From NCBI GenBank assembly GCA_036630325.1, contig CP142732.1, positions 992,001-1,056,000 of the forward strand: DNA of 64,000 nucleotides, given 5' to 3'. The notes beneath the pieces are model-generated. The model did not search any database. It was not told the DNA's origin and saw only the letters and a list, made by a program, of their open reading frames with translations. Shown here piece by piece: positions 24,226-35,537 of the stretch (positions within the stretch are counted from its first letter, which is position 1; each line of letters begins with the position of its first letter). This stretch comes from Vairimorpha necatrix (taxonomy: Eukaryota). The position numbers were made by a program, and so were the translations under genes.

Positions 24226-25167
24226 TTATATACTCTTACTTATGTTATTAATAAAATGTGTAATCCTCGTTTTATAACATCTCATCGATCTATCAATTTC
24301 TTTACTTAAATTTTTTACATTTCCTTCTACTAATTTCTCATATAAAATTTTTTCTAACTTAAAAATGCTAAATTTATAATTTCCTCTTTTATACAAATCT
24401 CTACAATACTCAATTATCTTCTTATATTCTTCTCTAAGTATTTTGTAATAGAAAACTACCACTTCTTTAAACTTCTCATATAAAAGTAAATCTGTTCTTA
24501 AAAAATCAGATATGATTCTAGGTACTACTAAATCTATAAAATATTTAGGATCTTCTCCTAAAACATATTCAAAATCAATATTATAAAACATTCCTTGTTC
24601 ATCTATCAACATATTGTCTAGATTTCTGTCACCTATTTTAAATATATAATTTATCAATAAAGATATAGAAAAAGTAATAAGAAAATTATCATTCTGGTTT
24701 TTAGAAATGAAAGAAGAGAAACCTCTAACATCCTTGAAATTGTTTAATGTTCTGGCATCTTTCATTTCTATTAAATTGTATTTTGGATATACCTTACTCA
24801 TTTTATATGGGAAATTTAATAAATTGAAAATATAGTCAGTTACTAGATTAAAAAAGTAATCTAAAGATAGATCCGCGTTAGGTTTATATAAATATTTATA
24901 AGGAACATTATTCAGGATTATTACGAATTCTAAAGGGAGAGTTTTAGAATTATAAAATTTACTTGGTATTATATTTGTAGAGATATTTAGTTTATTGTAA
25001 CATGCTAAATTTTTACAACTTGATTTGTAATTATCACCTACTAGTGTATTGTAAATATCATTAAAAATTATATTAGTAGAGTAAGTACCCGATATTTTAG
25101 TATTTGACGAGGAAGCTAGTAGGCGGTATTTATCCTTTATGAATTTGTTTATAAATCTACAAATCAT
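24226..25167 (-). CDS. PI3/PI4-kinase catalytic-domain protein (Vps34-like, short)
   Basis: YKPNADLSLD, IFKIGDRNLDNMLID, YNIDFEYVLGEDPK. First ATG is at 25167 (the track starts at TTG 25179). Start uncertain. Confidence 0.75.
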   Translation of the reverse strand: MICRFINKFIKDKYRLLASSSNTKISGTYSTNIIFNDIYNTLVGDNYKSSCKNLACYNKLNISTNIIPSKFYNSKTLPLEFVIILNNVPYKYLYKPNADLSLDYFFNLVTDYIFNLLNFPYKMSKVYPKYNLIEMKDARTLNNFKDVRGFSSFISKNQNDNFLITFSISLLINYIFKIGDRNLDNMLIDEQGMFYNIDFEYVLGEDPKYFIDLVVPRIISDFLRTDLLLYEKFKEVVVFYYKILREEYKKIIEYCRDLYKRGNYKFSIFKLEKILYEKLVEGNVKNLSKEIDRSMRCYKTRITHFINNISKSI

Positions 25168-25893
25168 TAGTATAAACAAACAAAATATTAAATATCTAAA
25201 ACACTGGTGATCAACACACCAAATTTATATATGGGAAATGTATTATTTGATGAATAAAGTCGAGTAAATATATACTAAATGAGATATATCAACTAAGATG
25301 AGTAATGTTTTTGAAAAGTTAACTTCATATTTTATTGAGTATGGAGTAAAATATAATTTATTGGGTCTTGAAAGGCAATAAACACAGTATGAATTCCGAA
25401 TTTACATAAGAAAATATGTTACTTCTTAGTACCTGGAATTCCCTAGCAAACTTTCATTTCGAATACTACCAAGGCCATACTTTATATAGAACAATAATAA
25501 GAAGTATAAGGCGATCAGCCTTTGTGATTTTGAATTTAAGAAGCGCCGAAAGCTATATTAGAGCTGCGCCATATTTTATATTTATTTCTAAAATTTCGAG
25601 ATGTATAACGTTTTTTAACTAAGGTTAAAAGACAATTCAAGCCATTCGTGCGAACTATGCTTTTTTAACTCAAGCTAAGTTAAAATTTTGTCCAATGCTT
25701 TCTCTGTATATTCTAGGGCTTTTTTGTTAATAATTGCTTCTCAGACTTTATATTTCTCAAGTTCTAATAGGTCGCAAACCTATCGTTAAAATTTAGATCT
25801 GATGTAATTTGACTGTGCAACATTTTCGGGCTTTATTCTTTAAGATGTCGTCTTTAATATTTAAGATGCAGTCATATAAATATCTTTATAATG

Positions 25894-28800
25894 TTACGCA
25901 CTCTCTTTTTTTATGATGCTGTCACTATTTTGATTCCTCGTAAGCCTATAATAATATTGTATATTTTCCCTACACATTATACTTAAGAAATCTTCATCAT
26001 GTGTTATTATTATTAATTGTAAATTGGGATTTGTCTTTGTTATGTTCACCAGTGTGTACGCCAGGCTCTCTACATTTTCTTTATCTAAATTTGTGGTCGG
26101 CTCGTCGAGGGTCAAGACATTAAAATTACAGCAGAAAACTTTACTAAGCGACATTCTTAGTAAAATATTCCCGATCATCTTCTGCCCCGCGCTGCTTCTG
26201 TTTCTCATGTCGAGTTCCACATTATTTTTCACTATCATCATTTTATAACTGTAATTTTTACTACCATTTTCATTTATCTTTAATTTTATATGGTCAATAT
26301 CATTGCCTTTATAACAATTTCCCCATAATTCCTTAAGATTTAGATTTATTTCTTCTATCTTGTTGTAATGATAATCAATAATACTCTTGTCTAAGACATT
26401 TATACATTTGTCTATGTCACTACTAGTCAAGTCTAATATTTTATTCTCTATATATTTCTTATTATAGTCCTTTATAACATCTTTATATTCTGTGTTTAAT
26501 TCTCTAGTGTAATTGTCTACTAAGATTCTTAATTGATTTATTTCTCCTTTCGTCATGTTCTTCTTCTCTAAGATTTCTGTATGTCTAGTTTTGATACTCG
26601 ACATCTTCGTGTCGAGTATCTTCAGATAATCATTAATGACGTCATCCGACGCCTTTTTAAAGGTCTTTTTATTTTTTAAATTTTCTTCTAAAAAAGAAAT
26701 CTCTTTTTCAATGTTTTTATATTTCTCCAAATTCTTAAAATATTCTAAATGTTCATTTACTAAATTTAAAAGGTCAATTTTCTCTGATAGTTCATTTTTC
26801 AAGGAATACAGTAAATTCTTATTTTTAAGATTTCTTTCTTTTAATTTCTCATCGTCCTCGAAATTGATTTCTTCAATATTGTCTTCTTCTTTTAAAATGT
26901 CATCTATATTACTTTTGAGATCTAGTATAATATTAGAATCTATTTCATTTTTATAATTTATTATACCATTATTATCCACAATTTTAAGATCATTATTTAT
27001 AATATTGAGCTTATTTATTTCTTCTTTAATGGCTTCTTTCTTCATTTCATATTCTTGAATTTTATAATTAATTTCACTTTTCTTATTGAAAATGCTAATT
27101 CTTAAATTCTCTGTTTTTTCTGTTTTTATTTTTATTTCTTCTTTAATTTTCTTTAATTTTTCTTCTAAAATTCCATTTTCTTTTTTTAGCCTTTTTATTT
27201 CCAGAAATTTTTCTTTTTTTTCTTTTCTTTGTTTTAAAATTTTGAATTTATTTATTTCATTTTTTATTTCTTCCGTATTTTTACAAGAAATGGATTTTAT
27301 GTCTAAATTTTCCAATTCTATAAAATATTTTATATTATTTTTCATTAGAAGATTTTCTTCTTCTAAATCTAAAATTATCATTTCTTTTTCGCCCATTTCT
27401 TCTTCTAATTTGTTTTTTATATTTTTCATGTTTTGTAAAATGTCGTCAATAAAATCGATGAAATTTTCATTTTCTTTAATATTTTCATTTTTATGCAGAT
27501 TATTTTCTTTATATAATTTTTTTGCATAAATATCTTCTTTGTTGTTTATTTCTCTAATTTTAAATTCTTCTTCATTTATGCTATCATTATAACTTTTTAT
27601 TATTTCTACTATATAATTCCTTATTTTTACATTCTGTTCGCTTTCACTGTACCCTTGTAATTTCTTAGTATATTTGTCGCAATCTTCCAGCTTTTTGTCG
27701 CATAAAAAACACCTCCTTGTTTTTAAGGACATTTCGCTTATTTTGTCTGTACTTTCTTTAGAAATATAAATCATAAATTCCTTATGATTTTTATTATCAA
27801 ATTTACTCATCTGATTTTTTATTATTGTTGTGTTCGTGTTCAGTTTGTTGATAATTTCACTATATTTTTTAAATTCTTGTTTGTATTTTTTGATCTCTTC
27901 TGTGTTACTTTTTATATTTTCTATTTCTTGTGTTTTTGTTTTATTTTTTAATTTTAACAATAATTCATCTCTTTTCTTTATTTTTTCTTCGTTTAAAATT
28001 AACTCTCTAGTCATTTTTATAGATTCGTCGTATTCTTTTTCAAGTCTTTTTATTTTGTCATCTATGTCAATTATATTTTCTATATCATTAATATTGTCGT
28101 ATATATGAGCATCATCTATATTATCTATGTGGGCATTTTCTAATTTTATTTTATTATTTTCATATTCCCATTTCATTTTATCACTTTCCTTCTTTAAATC
28201 ATTTAATACCTCATTTTTCTTTTTTAATTCTTCTTCATATTTTCCGAAGAAAAAATCAAAAATTTTTATAAAATTTTGATTTTTAATTATTTCTTCTTTG
28301 ATTTTCAATTTGGTCAAAAATTTATTTTTTTGTTCTTCTAACCATTTTTCTAGATTTTTCATATTTTTGAAATAAATTTCAATTTTATTTTTTATTTCTT
28401 TTTTTTCAATTTTAAAATTTTTTATCTTTTCGTATTTTTCTTTATTTTTTTCTATTTCTTTAATTTTTTTATTTTCATTTTCTATTTCTGTTTGTAAATT
28501 TTCTATTTTATTTTTATATTCTTCAATATTCAAATTATTTCTTAATTCTTTACATTCCAATTCTGAATATTTTATTTCTTTAAAATTTTTAAAATTTTCT
28601 ATTTCTTTTTTTTTATTATAAATTTTTATTATTTTATTATGTTCAGTATTCAAATTTGATAAAATTTCTTCGCATTCTTTTGTGTTTTTTTCCATATTTT
28701 TTATATTTTTATTTTTTTCTTCTAAATCTTTTTTTGTTTCTTTTAATTTTGTTTCTATTTCATTTTTTTTATCTTTCATTTTTATTAAATATGATAATTC

Positions 28801-29437
28801 TGTATTTATTACTTTGATTTTAGTAGAAACTTCTTTTTTACTTTTTTTTAAATTATCAAGAGATTTTGAATATCTCGTAGATGAAAAAATATCATCAAAT
28901 TTCTTTTTTATTGTAGCTGGTTCTGAAAGATACCACATTGAATCATCTTGGTGACAAAAGATAACATTCTCTAAAATACTAGAATTAATTTCAAATATAG
29001 AAGTTAAATCGTCCTTATTAAGTTTCCCTAAAGTTGATTTTACTGTATTATTAAAATCTATAACTTCTTTTAGATTTTTATTTACCCAAACATTAAATTC
29101 TAAGATTTTTTGTTCTGTCTTTTTCTGTTTTATACTCGTCTGGATAATTTTTTGAATGACGATCTCTCGATTATAAAAATCTTGTAAAAATAATTTGATT
29201 TCAGCTTTTATTTCTAAATTTTTGGCCAGACCGCCGTCGTAAATGAAAGCACCCCCCCTTGGAATTCGGGGGAAGAGTGCCAGTTGTAATATATTTTAAA
29301 CATTCTATAAGAGTAGTTTTACCAGTACCATTTTGGCCTATAATTAAAGTAAGTGGTGTTTGGAAATCTATTGTTTGTTCTTTATTTGGATTATAAGATC
29401 TTATACCTTTGATAACTAATTTCTTTAGAATTGTCAT
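25894..29437 (-). CDS. RAD50: DNA repair ATPase Rad50, with a +1 frameshift in a G7 run at 29252-29258
   Basis: ATG 29437 [15 protein letters not shown]...Walker [10 protein letters not shown]...LPPNSKGG. Removing one G joins AFIYD...[15 protein letters not shown] in frame with 25894..28938. Zn hook CFLC, signature SAGQK, Walker [10 protein letters not shown]. Confidence 0.92.
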
Positions 29438-29561
29438 CTTCCCAGGGGGCCAGAAATTTGTCAAATAAATAGAAAAAAAAGAAAAACTTAAAAAAATTAT
29501 TTTTTTAAAATTAATTTTAAACTTGTAAAATTTAAAAAATAAAGCATATAGTATTTTCAAC

Positions 29562-30399
29562 GGGGTGAAGGATACTTTAGACCCCCCCTTTGAAGCGCTT
29601 CAATTTTTTTTTCGAACCCCAAAATTGAAGTGCAAAAAAAAAGAGGAGCAAGAAAGGGACAAAAATTTCTTATCACTTTAAACATTAAAAATAACAAATA
29701 AATATATGCTTTTATACAAAAATTAATTTTAGATTTAGTTATAATAATCATTTGAAGTATTGTGTCTTTTTTCGCCCTTCTTATTTTTTCAATTTTTTTT
29801 AATTGTTGGTTTATTATTAAAGTAGATTTTCTTCAAAAATCTACTTTAATAATAAACCAACAATTAAAATTATAAATATTATTTATAAAAGAAAATTTAA
29901 ATAAATGTTCAACGATCTACACATATTGTTAAATCAAAAAATTTAATTTAAATATGTTAAGTTATAAAGAATTATATAGTTTTATGGTTATAATCTTTTT
30001 TTAAATTAAATTTCGTATACAAATATATATTTATTTGGTATTTTTACTGTTTGAAGATGCAAGTAATTTGAGTACTAATGATTGCTTCTCCTTTATTTTG
30101 CACTTCGTTTTTGGGGTTCAAAATTATAAAGTGAACACTCTCAGAGGGGAGCGTTTTTGTCCCCAATTCTAAAAAATCAGAAGGGCAAAATTAGCTTATT
30201 GGTTTATATTATTGTAAAAACTTGTATTAAAATATAATTGTGTACATAAATATATATTTATTTTGTATTTTTAATGTTTAAAGTGATAAGAAATTTTTGT
30301 CCCTTTCTTGCTCCTCTTTTTTTTTGCACTTCGATTTTGGGGTTCGAAAAAAAAATTGAAGCGCTTCAAAGGGGGGGGGGTCTAAAGTACCCCACCTCC
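29562..30399. mobile_element. Non-autonomous foldback/MITE with ~135-bp terminal inverted repeats (Mutator- or Merlin-like)
   Basis: 29573-29707 is the near-perfect reverse complement of ~30253-30389. GG...CC termini, flanked by ttttcaa(c) at 29554 and ttttcaa(t) at 30400 (putative 7-8 bp TSD). No coding capacity. Confidence 0.85.
29797..29869. repeat. Perfect 34-bp-arm hairpin inside the MITE
   Basis: ttttaattgttggtttattattaaagtagatttt-cttca-aaaatctactttaataataaaccaacaattaaaa. Confidence 0.95.
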
Positions 30400-30462
30400 T
30401 TTTCAATGTATTGCGATATTTATATATTACAAATACATTAAAAATCTTTGTTGAATCATGTT

Positions 30463-31218
30463 TTATTCTATATTCCAATTTATTGGTGTCTTCCCGCATT
30501 TGATTAAATATTCATTAGTCCTTGAAAAATGTTTACACCCATAAAACTTCGTAACACTAAAAGGACTGGGGTGTGCGGCCATTAAAACTAAATGTCTCTC
30601 ATGGTCAATATTTTTACTTTTTAATTTGGCGTAATTTCCCCAAAGTATAAACACTACATTTTCGCACATCTTGTTTATCTTCTCAAGTATCGCACCAGTA
30701 AACTCTTTCCATCCTATTTTACTATGTGATCCAGGCTTATTATGTTCTACTGTCAAAATGTCATTTAAGAGCAAAACACCCTGTCTCGCCCAAGACTCTA
30801 AATTCCCATGTAACGGAATCTTAAAATCAGGTATGTCATTTTGTAATTCTTTATAAATATTTCGTAAACTTGGTGGTATTTTTAAATGTGATGGGACTGA
30901 GAAGGCCAGTCCAGTGGCTTGATTTAAATTGTGATATGGATCTTGCCCTAAAATAACGACTTTAGTGTCTTCTAAAGGGAAATGATTTGTAAAAGCGAAA
31001 ATAGAACTAATTTTAGGATAAATGGATTTTCCATGTAGAAAAAATTTGATTTTATTGAAATACGATTTATCAAATTCATCTGCTAGAATTAATTTCCATT
31101 TTTCGTTTATTAAATTTTCTAGAGAACAAATGTCACAGGACAAAGTAAATTCAGACAATTTACATCTGTCATAATCTTTATGTTGTTTTTTAAAGGAAGA
31201 CAAAATTGTGAAAACCAT
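30463..31218 (-). CDS. UNG1: Uracil-DNA glycosylase (family 1)
   Basis: GQDPYH, GLAFSV, PPSLRNIYKEL, WARQGVLLLN, HPSPFS. CCCCTCAAATG. Confidence 0.96.
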   Translation of the reverse strand: MVFTILSSFKKQHKDYDRCKLSEFTLSCDICSLENLINEKWKLILADEFDKSYFNKIKFFLHGKSIYPKISSIFAFTNHFPLEDTKVVILGQDPYHNLNQATGLAFSVPSHLKIPPSLRNIYKELQNDIPDFKIPLHGNLESWARQGVLLLNDILTVEHNKPGSHSKIGWKEFTGAILEKINKMCENVVFILWGNYAKLKSKNIDHERHLVLMAAHPSPFSVTKFYGCKHFSRTNEYLIKCGKTPINWNIE

Positions 31219-31557
31219 TTGAGGGGACTAAATTATTTCAGATAAAAAGATATTTAACATTAGAAAAATAGCATATGTCTTGATTGTGCATAATGAAAGA
31301 AAGCAAGATCTATTGTTTGCGTACAATTTTGAAGATAATCTATTACAGACATAAAATAAAAGTTTATACGATACATGAGATGCATAGAAAACAGACATGT
31401 CGAGGAAAAAGCGTAATGTTTTTTTGTAAATTAGACAATAAACCCCCTTACATATAATACACAATAATAGAGACCATGAAATGTTTTAAACTGTTACTGT
31501 GAGATTCTTACTCATTAAAAATATAAACTTTGGGAGCAGCAAGCTTCGCCGTATCCA

Positions 31558-31590
31558 TGATGCTCCGATTTAACAAAAATCGGAGCATCA
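31558..31590. repeat. Perfect 14-bp-arm hairpin
   Basis: tgatgctccgattt-aacaa-aaatcggagcatca. Confidence 0.85.
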
Positions 31591-31619
31591 ACTAGTTCCA
31601 ATTCATGCTCAAAAAGATA

Positions 31620-33250
31620 GACACAGATGAAGTACTCAATAAAGACATCATCTTACTGGCTCGATGACCTAAAACTTTTACGCGCCCGTCTTCTTTGTTA
31701 CAACATTGTCAGTTAGGGATTTTAGACTGCGCGCAGTCATGTCCCACCGTTTCGGCCAGCGTGGAATACAATTCTGTGCTAAGGTTTTACGGAGCACGCT
31801 GTCTTACTTAGTCTAGTTCCCTTAAACGGCCCCAAAACGACTCATCTTGTGTCAATTTTCCATATAATACTTTACTTATAATGGGCTATCATCATACGCA
31901 TTTCATTTAGGCTTTAGTGCGTCTTTAAACTAGGCGTAAAGCCCTTTTGGTGGTGCCCAACTAACGTTTTCGGCAAAAAACTGCAATTTGTTAATGAGAC
32001 TAAACACATAAAAGTGTCATAGCTTTCCTGATAAGAATTGAACATGTTTTTAATTTACTAACAGGAGGATTTCGGCCACTAAGCTACAATCCTTTTTTGA
32101 TCTTAGTATAGTTCAAGTACGATAAACAAGTAAATTGATAAATTTCCGCAAGTTATTACACTTTTCACAACTAATGGCCAATTAATACATTTATAGGCAT
32201 AAATCATATAATTTGGTTATAATCAACAAAAATAAGATAAGTGTTGCTCTATGACGGTAAAAAAGCATTATCTGGGCTTTAAGGGTCTTTTGTGTAAACC
32301 GGGGATATATCTCCTCGAATATTACAAGCCGTGTTAAAATGATTTGCTATAAATTCTTTGAACGGGATACGAATTTAGAGGGTGTTCTAAGACCAGTGGT
32401 CGAAAGAGATGATTTATTGAGAAATGGCTAGGTTTGAATCCCAGGGGCACCAAGATTGTTTCTACTTTTTATAAGCAGTTGGAACTACTCAGATGTTGAA
32501 AATTTCTACGATAATCATTATTTTGATTCAATAAAACTTATGTGCGTCCCGTCATAAGGGATTAGCATCTAGTGTAGAAACGCACCTCAAGGCCGAAAAC
32601 AGTGTCACTCTTGTGATGTCTTATAAGTATATAGAAGTATCTGATGGGTACGGCCTAGTTGGAGCCCATGGCTGGTGCACTCTAGAGTGGAAAATAAGAA
32701 TTAACTAAGAGACTAGACGAAGTAGAGCAATAAAATGTCTCGTAAATCCTATCTACAAGATTTTGTAACACGGTGGACGAAACTAGTTGGCTACTTATGG
32801 TCAATGCAGCTTAATAAAAATGCCGAACTGGTGTACAAGCCCCGTAGGCGATACATATGATTGTGTGGTCCTTTGAGTTGGTACAATTTTGCCTCTCCTC
32901 GGGTTATAGAAGACCATGCCCGTTAGGTATATCCGCTTATGTGGCTACTCTGAATGCCATTGAGGTATGAATGTTAAAAGAGTAGCATGGGCCAAAGTCC
33001 AATGGATACGGCGGAGAATGGTGGACTGACAGGTCATATGTAGAGAGTATTGTGAGTAAAATCTCACAAACCATTTTGATGAGGATATTACCTGCATCTT
33101 TCTGGTTCCTTTGTAAGGTTTCTCCTACCTCTTACTTGCAGAGAAAAAAAATATGAATTTAAATCGCAACAAATTCTCCTGCAACCAAAGTCCAATAAAA
33201 AAGAGCTTGTTGTCTCAGAAAGTCCAATGAAGTAGTTTTAGTTAGTGAGA
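31620..33250 (-). mobile_element. Highly degraded non-LTR retrotransposon remnant
   Basis: GC-richer non-coding block. Minus-strand AETVGH (CCHC knuckle, ~31739-31756) and INHLF (~32405-32420). A plus-strand WLDDLKL piece at ~31657 suggests rearrangement. Confidence 0.45.
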
Positions 33251-34082
33251 ATCATACAGTTTCTGTCAAACTCCTTTATAATTTAGAATCGAAACAGTAA
33301 ATTTACTTGATCCTCTTCTTTTCTCTTACTTACAAAAAACAAGAATTTTCTGTGCTTAATCTTGAAGTGATTGTTTTTTAAACCAATTGAATAATACAAA
33401 AGACTTGACTGCTATAATATGCTGACATGTATGGTAAATTATAAATGACCAATTATATTAATTTATTGTACAGAAAGTTATAGTAAACATTTTAATTTTC
33501 GTTCATTTAACACACAAAAATTGAAAAGATTTATGAAAAATAATATGTTGAGATTAGCTTAATTTTATCTCGATTTATGGTTTATTTTTCAAAGATTTTC
33601 TCCCGTTTAAAAATATTAAAAAAGGAGGTATTTTTTTAAAAATTCGGTTTATTGAAAAAGGAGGGACTTCAAAAAAATCAGTCAAAATGTGTAACAATTA
33701 CTTTAAAAATTTATTCTAACGTACTATAAAAGTCATATTAGTTTTTCAGAAGAATATAAGGCTTTTATCTTTCAATATTTTCAAAATTAAAAATTTCTTA
33801 ATTTATATTTTCTAACGGAAATTTGATATTTTTTCAATGAGTAATGATGATTTAGAAAACTTTATCAAAACGAATAAAACAAGTAGATTCTCATAATTAT
33901 TGATTTTAAAGTTTCTAAAAATATGTGACATTAGTGCGTCTTTTTCTGTAGTAATCAAATAAAGAGTATTAAATCAATCTATTTTTAATTTGTCTTTTAT
34001 TTGATTGGTCTAGTATAAATAATCACTTCCCCCTTTAAATTAATCTACTGTTGGATATAAATAAACGAAACGGAACCCCCAA

Positions 34083-35537
34083 ATGATAAAAATTAGGAGA
34101 CCAAGAGATATAAAATTAGTTTTATCTTTAATTTTTTTTGTTGCTTGTCTTGGCAATACTTTGCTGGAGTTCTATACAGATATCGCTATTATTACAAAAC
34201 AGATCCCATCGTCGCTTTATTTTATAAAATTGTTTCTTTCTCTACCTATAATTCTAATTACTATGGGTCTCATTCAGAAATCGCTATATTTTTACAAATT
34301 CGGGACTATTATTAATTTTATAATTTTATTTTTTTCGTTATCTTTTTTGAGTCTATCAATAATTTATTTAAAATATGAAAAATCGATACAAAAGGGATCT
34401 TTGTGGGCAGTCGACATTTTTTGCGACGGTAAAATGAAGACAAGGGGTCTTGTAGGTCTTATTCCTTTTTTATACATTTATTCTGAATGGGTAAGTACAT
34501 TATCATATTTAATTTCAGATTTATTTAGTTCAGTTATGATTGGTTTCGCTATTTACACTCTTGCCAATTATTGTTGTACAGAAAAAGATATGAAAGATAT
34601 AGTCCCATATTTCTCATCTATTACAGCATTTTCGATGTTAATATCAGTAGTTTCAATTGTACTAAAAAGTAAATATGTGGATGAATCAACAAATTCTCGA
34701 AGTTTCAATCATAACAGTCTTTTTTATTTCGTATTATTTTTTCTTTGTACCGTTATTTATTTATTAAAAACGGTATTGCCGGTAAATGAAAAAGAGGTTA
34801 ATTCTAAACAGGAAATTAAAACGGACAAACAGAGCCATGGAATTTTAGATTTATTAAAATCTAAATTTTTGAGAAATATGTGCACAGCTGCACTAATTTA
34901 CGCGATTAATGCCGGCTACATTGACATGACATTTAAAAATGCCTTGGCTGCGGGTAGTAAAATGACGAACATGCCTCCCAAAGATTATTCGCAAAAATTT
35001 ATATTAACTTCAATAATAACAATAAGTACTGTCTCATTGATTTATAATTTTTTAATAAGAGGAAAATTTGATGCAAATGGAATATTCTTCTCATCTATGG
35101 TTTCTCCTATCTCCGCTATCTTTTTTTCTTTAGTAATTTCATTTTTAGCTTTATATAATTTAAATTGTCCAGTTAGGTACACAAAGATTAATTTAGAAAA
35201 TTGGTTCGGAGCTATCGGATACGCATTTTCAAAGATTACTAAATATGTTTTGTTTGATATGGCCAAAGAAATGCTATCAATGAGGATTTCTGTCGAGTAT
35301 AGATATAAATATAAAAGTATATATGACGGTATATGCCTAAAATTGGGGAAATCTATTGTCTCGTTTTATTGTACTATTCTAACATTCTTGGGATTTAGTG
35401 ATATAAGACGTGTCTCGCATTTTACGCTATTATTTTTGATGGCTGGTAATTTTCTTTGGATTAAGAGTGTTTATTATCTTAATGAAAAATATAAAAAATC
35501 CATAGATCAAAATACGGAGATCGACGTAGAAAACTAA
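34083..35537 (+). CDS. NTT: Divergent ATP/ADP nucleotide transporter (NTT/TLC family)
   Basis: About 12 TMs. FIKLFLSLP, DIFCDGK, EWVSTLSY, KITKYVLFDMAKEMLSMRI, YKSIYDGICLKLGKS. CCCCCAAATG. Confidence 0.88.
   Translation: MIKIRRPRDIKLVLSLIFFVACLGNTLLEFYTDIAIITKQIPSSLYFIKLFLSLPIILITMGLIQKSLYFYKFGTIINFIILFFSLSFLSLSIIYLKYEKSIQKGSLWAVDIFCDGKMKTRGLVGLIPFLYIYSEWVSTLSYLISDLFSSVMIGFAIYTLANYCCTEKDMKDIVPYFSSITAFSMLISVVSIVLKSKYVDESTNSRSFNHNSLFYFVLFFLCTVIYLLKTVLPVNEKEVNSKQEIKTDKQSHGILDLLKSKFLRNMCTAALIYAINAGYIDMTFKNALAAGSKMTNMPPKDYSQKFILTSIITISTVSLIYNFLIRGKFDANGIFFSSMVSPISAIFFSLVISFLALYNLNCPVRYTKINLENWFGAIGYAFSKITKYVLFDMAKEMLSMRISVEYRYKYKSIYDGICLKLGKSIVSFYCTILTFLGFSDIRRVSHFTLLFLMAGNFLWIKSVYYLNEKYKKSIDQNTEIDVEN

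Noticed and set aside
26024-28954. Plus-strand Phe/Ser/Ile-rich ORFs, and similar antisense ORFs at 7441, 13395, 18508, 22577, 30671, 35042, 44522, 45884, 48552, 49830, 50839, 52521, 54301, 54842, 55235, 55617, 59391 and 60433
   Set aside because: Antisense shadows of real Lys/Glu-rich genes, mostly with non-ATG starts and no motifs.
29557-30499. ORFs 29557..29751 and 30278..30499
   Set aside because: Chance translations of the MITE inverted repeats.
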